Below are positions 1 to 9,259 of a stretch of 64,000 nucleotides of DNA, in pieces. The notes under the pieces are model-generated. The model was not told the DNA's origin. It saw only the letters and a list, made by a program, of their open reading frames with translations, and ran no database searches. The position numbers were made by a program, and so were the translations under genes. The stretch is from a virus, in IMG/VR virus record IMGVR_UViG_3300021512_000004, positions 1 through 64,000 of that record. One strand, written 5' to 3'. Positions within the stretch are counted from its first letter, which is position 1; each line of letters opens with the position of its first letter.

Positions 1-256
1 TGGCGTCATACAGGGCGTATCCTGACATGGCCCCGGCTACCGCCAAACAAACTATAATAGACCCATTTATCACCCCCTGCCTGACATCCCTCAAGTCCTG
101 ATGCAGCTCTGCTAAAAGGTCAGACAGTTCCTTTGTAGTGGTCTCACTGACTTTCTCACTGTGAGCTCTATTTGAGCTGATTTTTACCTCCACTTCTTTA
201 CGAAGGTCCTCTATCTTAGTGTAGACCTCATTAATGGCTTCTTGTTCGACTGGCAT
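1..256 (-). CDS. Partial ORF: coiled-coil protein with a C-terminal transmembrane segment (holin-like candidate), runs off the window
   Basis: Manual translation MPVEQEAINEVYTKIEDLRKE...GSIIVCLAVAGAMSGYALYDA; lies after the tail genes. Confidence 0.4.
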   Translation of the reverse strand, partial: MPVEQEAINEVYTKIEDLRKEVEVKISSNRAHSEKVSETTTKELSDLLAELHQDLRDVRQGVINGSIIVCLAVAGAMSGYALYDA

Positions 257-285
257 ACTACCCTTCCAAAGTTATTTGTTGTTGG

Positions 286-606
286 TTATTGTACTTTAAA
301 GGAGGAGTCGTTAAGAATACGGTAGTCATATTCCAACCTCCTGAGAATATTCCCCTCTAAGGTAGAGAGCCGAGAAAGCTCCCTAATTTGCCAGTCCTTT
401 CTAATGTCATTGGGTATATTAGATATCTCATTCATTCTGCCCCTTACCCGATCTAACTCCAGCTCTGCGAAACTCCTAGTAGTGTACCCTTTCAACTGCT
501 CCAATTCTTCTGCTTTAGCATAATAACTGTTGACTGCAGTCAGCATCCCTATCAGGGTCAGCAGGGAGACTCCTCCAGCTATCATTGCGAATATTCTAGA
601 ACTCAT
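286..606 (-). CDS. Hypothetical protein with an N-terminal membrane anchor
   Basis: Hydrophobic N-terminus followed by a helical region; start overlaps the stop of the tail-tip gene. Confidence 0.5.
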   Translation of the reverse strand: MSSRIFAMIAGGVSLLTLIGMLTAVNSYYAKAEELEQLKGYTTRSFAELELDRVRGRMNEISNIPNDIRKDWQIRELSRLSTLEGNILRRLEYDYRILNDSSFKVQ

Positions 607-3053
607 GGAGTAGGAACTCTAGTAAACGAATGAGAGTAAGTCTGAGAAGATTTTAGCCCACTAATGGAGTCCTCACAGTAGATATCTAGTCTGAAGTTAG
701 TACCTTGGGAGCCGTGTTCTATCAACTCATCTGCCTCCGTATAAGTGTACCCCGTTCCAACTTGGTCTACGGAGGTATGCCATAGAAGCCCACCCTTGTA
801 CAACTCAACCACGCAAACTTGATTAGTCTCTAGAGGCTGGGAAGTAGCTGTAGGGCTAACTAAAGGGAGGATGGTCCGGTTACGGAAGAGCCAGTTAATA
901 GTTATGTCTCCAGTGACGGAGGTAGGGGCGATTACGTTATTAACCTGAACGTACCCAGGGGGGTAGAATCTATCGTACCTTTGAGTCAAAGCCTTCCCTC
1001 TGGCAGTTGCGGAGGGAAGGCTTAAGGTCCCTTTAAATGTCCGATCAGCCATCTTTATCTGAACAGCTTCAGTAGAACTCCTCTGGGAGTCCATGTAAGT
1101 GATCTCCTGCAACCACCAAACAGTGGCTCCAGAGTTGTGATCCTCTGGAACAGTATCCAACATCCCTCTATACACGTTATTAAGTTGGTAGGTCCCTCCG
1201 AGATCTGTGAATGTCTCAAAGCACATAAACTCGTCATCCACCAGAATCCAGTGGTAAAAATGATCCAACAAGTCCTCTGAGGTTCCTGCTTGAGCAAAGT
1301 CAATAGGAGGAGGGGAAGTCATTATCAAAGTACCACCTGCGTCCACAGGAGCTGTAGACTTCAAGTAGGATGCAGACAGTGTGGTGGTTTCTAGGTAGGG
1401 AATGGCATCCTCAATTAAAGAGTACTGGCTAGTTCCCGTATCTAAGTAAATGTCGTACTCATAAGAAGACTGCGAAGGAGCCTCAGCCAAGCACATAAGT
1501 AAGTACGGGGATAACCCTGAAGTCTTAGAAAAAACGTAATGGGGGAGTTCATCTAAGCGATATTCCGTAACGTCTACAGGAGGCCCAATAGGGTCAACCC
1601 AGGCTGTCCCTGGGACTGCAGCATACACAGTCTCCCCAACACCAAAAACGTCCTCTAACAGGGTGAGGACCACCTGTCTTGAGTTGATATCCCCCTCCTC
1701 CTTTTCCATTACCCTCATCGGCATGTCATATATCCCGAGTTCTGCCCGAGAGAACTTCACCACGTCTCCAAGATTTACAAAAAACCCCTCTCGATTTGTA
1801 ACTATTTTAGCTGCAGTGATGTTTGACCCCAACTGCAACAATTCCATCATAGCTCTAGATCTCGCCACCTCCTCATCTGTGAACATATCAAGATCTAGGC
1901 GGGAGTGGTTAACATTCCCCTGCTCATAGAGATTCCCCAAATCCTGGGCCTTTACTGTCTTACTCTTAAAGTCACTGTCGATATCTTTATAAGAGGCAAC
2001 AACTACATTAACCGCAGCATCTGGGGCGGTCCTAGTAAAGCTCGTAACCTCTTCGACGTTTGTATCATTGAACTCTCGGGCCGTATTGAAATCATAATCG
2101 TCTCTGAAAAGCTTTAGCTGAGCCTTACCAGTGGCGTAGTCAATTCTCAGGATTCCATCCACATGTCGTAGGATATCCGCTATGAGGTCCCCAGGAGACG
2201 TATCCCTCTGCCACTGAAAGGATATTCCCATGCCATCTGAGTTAAGTTGAGAGGCTACAGACAGGAACTGAGCTTTATCAATTAAAGCATCTGGGACTGT
2301 AGTTACCACAGGGGAGGACAGTTGAAGATTGGTGTACCTCCCGGTAAGCAGCATGTAGATAACTTCCGCAGGATTGGCCTGTCCACCAACATTCTTATAA
2401 CTTGAGCCTAAATAGTTAGGGTAAACCTGAACCCTGAATTTCATCGCTCTGACAATAGGCTGCTCCCCAAGAAGCCCTCCACCCCTTAAACTCCCATTAG
2501 GCCCTTCCCATATAATCTTTGAAACCCCAGCATGTTGGTAAGCCTCCCCGGTCTGGGAGGTCATGTAGGAGTCGGCTGCCTGAGAGGAGGTTCCCTTATA
2601 AAATACGCAATTCCCATGCACTCCTCCCCCTTTTTTCTTACCCCCGTAAAGACCAACATCACTTACTAGGAAGGAATCCCCATCGGCAGTTACGTTACCA
2701 GTCCAAGCTACTTTATCTCCGAAATGAACTTCTGTTATGGAGTCTACCTCGCCCCAGCACAAGGCCAGCTCCATCCCAACGTAGTACTGATAACCAACGG
2801 TGACAGACTTTTTAAATATCATCCCCGCACTCTCTTTGAGCTTCTTCCTGAGGTAGTCCCCGTACCAAGTTACATTTGGACCCTCTACTAAAACGTCCCC
2901 AACAACGACAGGAATAACCCTATCCTCAGACACAGTTGGGAAGTCGAAGTCATCCAAGCCCATCTTCTTGAGGTTGCTGTCTGGAATCTTCCTGGTCAGG
3001 TCTGTTATGATGATAGACACCAGAAACATAATGAACATACCCGTCAACGACAT
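603..3053 (-). CDS. Tail tip / host-specificity protein (GTA/YuA-like tail module)
   Basis: FDFPTVSEDRVIPVVVG..V.GPNVTWYGD, GYQYYVGMELALC, ANPAEVIY and RGMLDTVPEDH..GA motifs; follows the BR0599-type gene. Confidence 0.8.
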   Translation of the reverse strand: MSLTGMFIMFLVSIIITDLTRKIPDSNLKKMGLDDFDFPTVSEDRVIPVVVGDVLVEGPNVTWYGDYLRKKLKESAGMIFKKSVTVGYQYYVGMELALCWGEVDSITEVHFGDKVAWTGNVTADGDSFLVSDVGLYGGKKKGGGVHGNCVFYKGTSSQAADSYMTSQTGEAYQHAGVSKIIWEGPNGSLRGGGLLGEQPIVRAMKFRVQVYPNYLGSSYKNVGGQANPAEVIYMLLTGRYTNLQLSSPVVTTVPDALIDKAQFLSVASQLNSDGMGISFQWQRDTSPGDLIADILRHVDGILRIDYATGKAQLKLFRDDYDFNTAREFNDTNVEEVTSFTRTAPDAAVNVVVASYKDIDSDFKSKTVKAQDLGNLYEQGNVNHSRLDLDMFTDEEVARSRAMMELLQLGSNITAAKIVTNREGFFVNLGDVVKFSRAELGIYDMPMRVMEKEEGDINSRQVVLTLLEDVFGVGETVYAAVPGTAWVDPIGPPVDVTEYRLDELPHYVFSKTSGLSPYLLMCLAEAPSQSSYEYDIYLDTGTSQYSLIEDAIPYLETTTLSASYLKSTAPVDAGGTLIMTSPPPIDFAQAGTSEDLLDHFYHWILVDDEFMCFETFTDLGGTYQLNNVYRGMLDTVPEDHNSGATVWWLQEITYMDSQRSSTEAVQIKMADRTFKGTLSLPSATARGKALTQRYDRFYPPGYVQVNNVIAPTSVTGDITINWLFRNRTILPLVSPTATSQPLETNQVCVVELYKGGLLWHTSVDQVGTGYTYTEADELIEHGSQGTNFRLDIYCEDSISGLKSSQTYSHSFTRVPTP

Positions 3054-3056
3054 ACC

Positions 3057-3857
3057 TTACTCCAGCCCGTCTTTAAATAAATCCTTCTCTGGGACGGTCT
3101 CCCACCCCAGGAACCTCGGAAAGTTGCCAAGAACCTTGCACCGAACAGAGCTTCTGTCGCACCCTGCAGCTATCTGGATAGAATCCCCTATCTGCAACCC
3201 TGCTATCTGCCGATTGATTGTCACAGTAGAGCCGCTCTGAGCCTCTATCAGCCGATAGTCCCTATTGTTAAATATTAGAACCCCTCCAACATAATGATCG
3301 GAAGTGGGGGCTGAGGCTACAGGGGAAGCTGTCACAACCCTCCCGGAAAGGTTATCTATGGTAGTAAAGACAGAGTTAGCGTTGATATCAAGTCCGCAGC
3401 CTCCTCGGTAAACAGTGTGTCCACAAAGAGGTCCAAAATCGTAATGTAATCCCATCCTCTTCATGACCATCAACGTACTTTCGCACTCTATGGTAGCCTT
3501 CCCATCATCTTTCCAGATGACATTAGTAACCACCCCTTGCCAGATACTTAAATAATCGGACGACCCGACATGCCCTGCGAAAATTCTCAAGGAAACGGTT
3601 CTGGGAACAACTACACGGAATAGCAATACAACTGGATGATCATTATCTACTTCAAAAGTCAACTTCCCGCGACTATCCTCAGGATCCTCGGATATCTGTG
3701 CTGATTTCATAGGGCTTGAAGTTAGATACACGTTCCCCACGTAAGTAATCTCTTGATCGGCTGTAGTGAAGTAGTAGTCATCGCCTCCAGAAGAGAAGTT
3801 AAACAGTTGAAAAGGATAGCTGGAGTATGCCTTCAGGTCCTCGGTCTCAAAAGTCAC
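3057..3857 (-). CDS. Tail assembly protein, phage BR0599/DUF2163-type
   Basis: C.HTVY...CG and C-terminal AGCDRS...C...GN...F.G cysteine motifs. Confidence 0.8.
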   Translation of the reverse strand: MTFETEDLKAYSSYPFQLFNFSSGGDDYYFTTADQEITYVGNVYLTSSPMKSAQISEDPEDSRGKLTFEVDNDHPVVLLFRVVVPRTVSLRIFAGHVGSSDYLSIWQGVVTNVIWKDDGKATIECESTLMVMKRMGLHYDFGPLCGHTVYRGGCGLDINANSVFTTIDNLSGRVVTASPVASAPTSDHYVGGVLIFNNRDYRLIEAQSGSTVTINRQIAGLQIGDSIQIAAGCDRSSVRCKVLGNFPRFLGWETVPEKDLFKDGLE

Positions 3858-5569
3858 GGTCTTAGCCCCACAAAATTAATCCTGGCGGTGATTACGTTAA
3901 GGTTCTTCCAAGTGATCTGAACCTCGTCTGAGTTCATTCTAACGTACCTTATTATAGAGACAATCTTTATGTCCTCAGGCTCGACAGCTTGGCCAAGAGG
4001 GGCGTTTATAGATAGAACTATGTTGCCTCCGGTCTCGGAGCTGTTGGTGATCTGCCTTCGGAGGGAAGTACCGTCCCTTAGAACTATGTTAATGTCCCTT
4101 CTGGCAGTGTCCTGCTCCACCATAATAGTGTATCCGTTGTTCTCAACCGTTATTACAGAGGAGGAGGAAGCGATTTGTAGTTTTACTATGAAATCTCTTG
4201 TCCAAGTTGGCAACCAAAACGGAACCATTCTACCTGACCTGCGATTTAGGAACTCCCTAAATTTGGTAATGTTTTCTCTTCCCTCTATAAGCCACTCATA
4301 GGCTGTGACCATGTGTGGGTAGCCTCGCTTGGAGAGGATCTTAAACCCAGACGTTTCGAAGTCCAAGATAGCTGCGTTAGATTCAAACCCGGTTTGCAAT
4401 CCTTTAGCCCAGTTAGGCTCATTCGGATAATACTCCTCGGACAGGTAGGAGTCGGGGAGCGCCAAATCCTCTGGAGAGTATGCAGGGAATGTGGTTGGCT
4501 CAAACTCCCAAGGAATTGTCATCCTGGACACGTCAGAAGTAATGTTTTGCTGTTGAGCTGTCAACCCTCCCCCAATCCTAGCCAACCCCGCTGGACTTAT
4601 TGTACTGTTCTTCCCCCAGTTCCCATCTAAACCAGTCCCTACCGTTACACTGGTCGGAGTCAGACTAACCACTTCCTGAAGCTCAAAACCGTTGCCGTCG
4701 GACAACATAAGAAACCCTCCGACTTGATAAGCATACCCGTAGGTCGGGACCAGGATAACAGTATCCCCAATTAACGCATCTTGAGTTAGCTTGGTAGCGT
4801 CAGTCCAGATAGGGACGGAGAACATCCGCTCTTGCCAGCCGAATATTAGATTGTCCATGTACGCTCTAAAGTTGTCCTGCATAAGATAGGTGTATCGAAG
4901 ATCTAGTCTTGGAAGATACCTAACCCCAGTCCTCTGCTCAGACCCGTCCGCAGCTTCCATAACAACTGTAGCCCACTTGTCTACCTCAACGATGTCCGAT
5001 GACCAGTCGATATTCGAGAAGAAGTTTGTGACCCTGGAACCTAGAACGCTGACGCTGTGAGTTTCTGAGGAGATAACCCACTCATAAAGCGCGGCAATAG
5101 CAGGAGGGCCGGTTGGGCTAATATTGATAGTGTAATCTAAGGACTCCAACGGCTGCATAGTGTACGGAAGTGGGCCGGTTGGGTCTGTAATAGTCAGCCC
5201 AGAGATGTTTATTTTATTTAGAGCTGTGAGTTGTTTTGTTGAAGATAAGTATCCATTCCAAACCTCTACATCCCTTTCCTGGGTAGACAGAAGGTTGCCC
5301 ATCTGCAGAAGGTTAGGGGTAATCAGAATCCTTTCATAGAAGGTGTCTGTAAATTTGTAAACTGCTTGGGCGGTAATAACCTCCCCGGTGGTGTTTACAG
5401 GAGTGTTATCTGTAACGGTAACGCTATCTGCAGAGGGGGCAATCTTTAGATTAGCTACATAGCTGGCTGGCCCATAGGGTTCATAGACTATCGTAGCGGT
5501 GGCGGGGTTCCTGCCCAACGCCTCGGAAGTGATGAAGCCTACAAAACTCTCAGCATTAATTACAGGCAT
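3854..5569 (-). CDS. Tail structural protein (distal tail/hub region)
   Basis: DGSEQR...R..PR and F...R.GR..PFWLPTW motifs typical of this tail module; position in the module. Confidence 0.7.
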   Translation of the reverse strand: MPVINAESFVGFITSEALGRNPATATIVYEPYGPASYVANLKIAPSADSVTVTDNTPVNTTGEVITAQAVYKFTDTFYERILITPNLLQMGNLLSTQERDVEVWNGYLSSTKQLTALNKINISGLTITDPTGPLPYTMQPLESLDYTINISPTGPPAIAALYEWVISSETHSVSVLGSRVTNFFSNIDWSSDIVEVDKWATVVMEAADGSEQRTGVRYLPRLDLRYTYLMQDNFRAYMDNLIFGWQERMFSVPIWTDATKLTQDALIGDTVILVPTYGYAYQVGGFLMLSDGNGFELQEVVSLTPTSVTVGTGLDGNWGKNSTISPAGLARIGGGLTAQQQNITSDVSRMTIPWEFEPTTFPAYSPEDLALPDSYLSEEYYPNEPNWAKGLQTGFESNAAILDFETSGFKILSKRGYPHMVTAYEWLIEGRENITKFREFLNRRSGRMVPFWLPTWTRDFIVKLQIASSSSVITVENNGYTIMVEQDTARRDINIVLRDGTSLRRQITNSSETGGNIVLSINAPLGQAVEPEDIKIVSIIRYVRMNSDEVQITWKNLNVITARINFVGLRP

Positions 5570-5572
5570 CTT

Positions 5573-6466
5573 CTACACACTCTCATCGTAAGTTATGCCA
5601 TACCTTCCAGAATCCCATACAGGGTCTGTCTTAGAGTACCACGGGAAAACTCTCCAGTTGGTTAGGACTATAGCCTCATCGTCTATATATAAGTTATCTA
5701 CTCGGTTCATCCCTTTGATTCTGCCAAGGGGGATGTACTCTCCAACTGGGCTGACGGCATAAATAAGGATCGGGAGCAGGAGTCCTTGAGAGTTCAGTAC
5801 GTCTGGGATAACGTCCCACAAAGGCTCGTGATAAGCTTCGTGAGAGGTACCTCTACACGTTCCCCACGAACCTGGGACATAGACCTTACCACAAGATAGC
5901 CAGGTTGGAGTTCCGTCAACGTCTGCCCTTATTATGTTCTTTGAGTAGTTTGAAGTATGTATGCTTGTGGTCCCGGAAAAAAATAGACTGTGGTAAGAGG
6001 ACCACGGAACCGCCTCACTCCCCCCCTCCGTGTAATGACCGTAAACATACTCCCCGCCAACATAGCTTCCGAATTTTTCCACCTCTCCAATACCGAAGTG
6101 GACATAGTTAAGGGCGTCCTTTTTAACAACTACGTGTAGGTAGTTTGCTCCAAGGTAGAACCAGTAATTCAGAACTCCGGCCACAACCCGGTTAACCGTA
6201 GTGTGGTGAGTTCCCCAAGAGTCCTCAGGCTGCGACCCCCAGTTAGATCCTCCAGAGTATGAGGTGGACATAGACAAACGCCAGCCGTCAGAGGTCTCCA
6301 TAAGGTTATAGAACTTCCAATTCTTTCTAAGGTTCAGGACATGATACCCGCTGCCGCCAGGGTCCGGCCCGCTATACCTGACTGTGTACCCATTAGAGGC
6401 CGCAAATACCCCCAATGAATCCAGAAGTGTGGATTTATCTGCTACCGCTCCAGTTTGTTTAGGCAT
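5573..6466 (-). CDS. Virion tail protein, paralog 3 of a tandem trio
   Basis: Shares HFG.G.(L/V)(E/D)K.GSY.GGEY and W.(V/C)FP motifs with the next two genes. Confidence 0.65.
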   Translation of the reverse strand: MPKQTGAVADKSTLLDSLGVFAASNGYTVRYSGPDPGGSGYHVLNLRKNWKFYNLMETSDGWRLSMSTSYSGGSNWGSQPEDSWGTHHTTVNRVVAGVLNYWFYLGANYLHVVVKKDALNYVHFGIGEVEKFGSYVGGEYVYGHYTEGGSEAVPWSSYHSLFFSGTTSIHTSNYSKNIIRADVDGTPTWLSCGKVYVPGSWGTCRGTSHEAYHEPLWDVIPDVLNSQGLLLPILIYAVSPVGEYIPLGRIKGMNRVDNLYIDDEAIVLTNWRVFPWYSKTDPVWDSGRYGITYDESV

Positions 6467-7410
6467 TATACGCTCTCATCGTGGGCTACTCCGTTGTCGG
6501 ATGGGTAGGAGCGGTTGTAGGCGGCACTCTCCCCTGGAATGGCAGTTAAAGGAAAGCATCTCCAATTAGTAGCTATCACTTGCTCTTTTAGAGGAGCTTG
6601 ATCTGCCCCCATCCTCATCCCCTTAAGGCCCGGTATGTACCCAACAGGAGAAAGGTAGGCCGTGGTGCCGGGGTAAACCAGCAGCATCACCGGAGGCATA
6701 GTGTATTTGGACGTAGTTATTGTTGGATTCCTGGAACCGGAGTTCTCAAATACTGAGAAAACTCCAGAAGGTCCGATGGTTCCCTGCCCCCCAGAGATTG
6801 AAGTATTTATTATCCTGCTGTAAGAGGGGGTGCCAGTTAGATCGGTACGAACAACGGTAGCATATGCGTCGTAGGTAGTTTTATTAGTTCCGATAATATT
6901 TGCAGTAGTAGCAAAGTCATAACTTCTGCTTTGTGGCAAGTAGAAAGAGTGGCTAAGACAGTATTCCCCCCCAGTGTAGCTGCCTATCTTATCCAACTCC
7001 CCGAAGCCGAAGTGTTTATACCCTGGCCCCTCTATCTCAAAAGCTCCGTTAAAGTAATTTGGCCCGATGTAGAACCAGTACTTCCTTGGGGTAACGGGAG
7101 TGTCTATATAATTGACGGCTGTGGGGATGGTGGGGTAGGAACTTCCAGGCTGATCTGCTATCCCAGCCCCTGGAGTGTACCCTGTGGCCAAAGCAAAATA
7201 GAAAATCTCATACGTCCCTAAGGCATGGCCTGCATACCCTCCTATGATATTAAAGTACTTCCCTCCCTTCTCCAAGCTGAGATGATCGTAGGCTGTACTT
7301 GTTGCATACACTCCATAGTAATTAACAGTGTACCCATTAGCCGCAGCAAATGTCCGCATCTGTGACAGCAGGTCTTTAGCGTTGGTATAAGTTCCAGTTT
7401 GTTTAGGCAT
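6466..7410 (-). CDS. Virion tail protein, paralog 2 of a tandem trio
   Basis: Same MPKQTG start as paralog 3; HFGFGELDKIGSYTGGEY; both end in DESV. Confidence 0.65.
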   Translation of the reverse strand: MPKQTGTYTNAKDLLSQMRTFAAANGYTVNYYGVYATSTAYDHLSLEKGGKYFNIIGGYAGHALGTYEIFYFALATGYTPGAGIADQPGSSYPTIPTAVNYIDTPVTPRKYWFYIGPNYFNGAFEIEGPGYKHFGFGELDKIGSYTGGEYCLSHSFYLPQSRSYDFATTANIIGTNKTTYDAYATVVRTDLTGTPSYSRIINTSISGGQGTIGPSGVFSVFENSGSRNPTITTSKYTMPPVMLLVYPGTTAYLSPVGYIPGLKGMRMGADQAPLKEQVIATNWRCFPLTAIPGESAAYNRSYPSDNGVAHDESV

Positions 7411-8350
7411 TTTCGTTGTACGCCACCGCGAAATTTTGTGAACTCCACCCTACCCCGTTCTTAGCGATAAGAGGAAATACTTTCCAGTCATCATACACGA
7501 CATCCTCAGGAGCAAGGTTTTCTATGTCTATATTTAACATTCCTTTAACTTGTCCTATTGGGTAATTGTAATATACGGGGTCATCCGGGTTGACCTTCTT
7601 CTGGGCGTACACAATTATAGGGAACATGTGCTCCCTACCACTATCCGCGCTAGGGCCATCATCCCATAAACCTACATACAGTCCGTTTATATAATTGGGG
7701 TGGACGTAGGTGTAACACATGGTCCCTCTGGCAGAATAGTTGGCAGCATAATGTCCCCCAATCATGAGGTAGTTTGGGGACATCCCATCAAAGTCAGCCC
7801 TAACGGCTCCACTTATTCCGTTGTACCTAGTCCCCCAAATTGAAGTAAACATCAGGTTGTTATCTTCCCTGAATACGTTACTTCTCCAACCGGATGACAA
7901 GTAATGCCCATAGACATACTCCCCGCCAACATAGCTTCCAAACTTCTCAAGAACTCCGCATCCAAAGTGACTGTACACCTTAGACTCAACCTCATGTATA
8001 ACATGAACATAGTCTGAAGTGATATAGGTCCAGTAACTTGGGATACCGGACGACCTTACATCTGATACAGTGGTATTTATCCCGGCTATCTTTGAGTCAT
8101 CAGGGTGAGTCCCCCAATCAGCCCCAGAAGAGTATGCTGTGGATATCGACAGCCATATCTGCTCTAGTGATGGGACAGCCATAAAGTTAAAGAACTTCCC
8201 CCCTCCAGAGATATTGAGGGTGGTGTTTGCAACATTGGAAGGGTCTGGGCCAAAATAATTAACCGTCCAGGATCCTTGAGCCAATACGGCTGAACTAACC
8301 TTATTGAGGAGGTCTGGTCCGTCAAGAGCTTCACCAGTGGAAGTTGCCAT
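7403..8350 (-). CDS. Virion tail protein, paralog 1 of a tandem trio
   Basis: HFGCGVLEKFGSYVGGEYVYGHY, with DNA identity to paralog 3 over this motif. Confidence 0.65.
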   Translation of the reverse strand: MATSTGEALDGPDLLNKVSSAVLAQGSWTVNYFGPDPSNVANTTLNISGGGKFFNFMAVPSLEQIWLSISTAYSSGADWGTHPDDSKIAGINTTVSDVRSSGIPSYWTYITSDYVHVIHEVESKVYSHFGCGVLEKFGSYVGGEYVYGHYLSSGWRSNVFREDNNLMFTSIWGTRYNGISGAVRADFDGMSPNYLMIGGHYAANYSARGTMCYTYVHPNYINGLYVGLWDDGPSADSGREHMFPIIVYAQKKVNPDDPVYYNYPIGQVKGMLNIDIENLAPEDVVYDDWKVFPLIAKNGVGWSSQNFAVAYNENA

Positions 8351-8352
8351 AC

Positions 8353-9246
8353 CTACTCCATCTTTATGGCTGCGAAATCCGCTGCCCCTGTTCTTGCAAT
8401 ACCCTGAAACACTGTATAGTTTTCCGCAGTGATAATGAAAGTGTTTTCTGAAGCTTGACTACCACGACCTGACACCCAAAACACCCCAGGAAGCTCCCCA
8501 TAAATGTTACCACCGAAGCCATTACTGTGTAGGACCGCTGGCATCGTTAGGTATGACCCGTCCAAATTAGGACCCCAGGAGGATATCCCGGATTCCCCTG
8601 TCCACGGCCAACAGTTATGGTCATTCTGAGCATTGCCTCCTGAGCGATTCTGGATTTCTTGCCAAGTGTGATCTATCCTGAGCAGAAACGCAGCTTGGTT
8701 CCCAGGCTCCCAAAAAGCTCTTAACTCTGTTGAAGTGGAGGAGGCTAAGGTAGTTTCAGTAGCGGTATTCGCCGCTATATACATCGGATATGGGTACTCC
8801 CCAGATGTGGCGTAGGGGAGAAACAACCCGCAGTAGCAGCCCATGAAAGATCCGTTAACATTAAGCATGATAATAAATCTACGACCGTCGGCTACAAACC
8901 AGTAGGGGGTGGCATTGTCCCACACTGGAGAGAATGTCTCATTGCTGGCGTTTGGCTGCAGCTCAAAGGCCAGCCCCCCGTCGAAGGACTCAGCACCTCG
9001 AAAGCCTAGATTCCAATACCCTGTTGGAATATCTACAGTCTGACGAAGGTTTACAAAGATATTGTCTAACCCTCCAAGACCTGGACCCTCAAGGTACAGT
9101 TCCTTAGCGTCTGCGGTCGCAACATATTTATTCTCTGTCCAGTCTTCACCAGCACCTACAAGGGTGGCATTGCTGGTGATGAATGTTCTGAATTGAGCAA
9201 ACAAGTCATCAAAATCTGTAGCTGTCCCTGTAACAGAAGCAGTCAT
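8353..9246 (-). CDS. Virion tail protein
   Basis: YWFVADGRRFI, Y.G.FLPY....YPYPMY and YGELPGVFWVSG motifs; directly after the tape measure gene. Confidence 0.7.
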   Translation of the reverse strand: MTASVTGTATDFDDLFAQFRTFITSNATLVGAGEDWTENKYVATADAKELYLEGPGLGGLDNIFVNLRQTVDIPTGYWNLGFRGAESFDGGLAFELQPNASNETFSPVWDNATPYWFVADGRRFIIMLNVNGSFMGCYCGLFLPYATSGEYPYPMYIAANTATETTLASSTSTELRAFWEPGNQAAFLLRIDHTWQEIQNRSGGNAQNDHNCWPWTGESGISSWGPNLDGSYLTMPAVLHSNGFGGNIYGELPGVFWVSGRGSQASENTFIITAENYTVFQGIARTGAADFAAIKME

Positions 9247-9259
9247 ACTTACTTCCTCC

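Noticed and set aside
5573-8350. Diversity-generating retroelement acting on the tail paralogs
   Set aside because: No reverse transcriptase and no template/variable repeat pair with adenine-specific differences was seen in the window.
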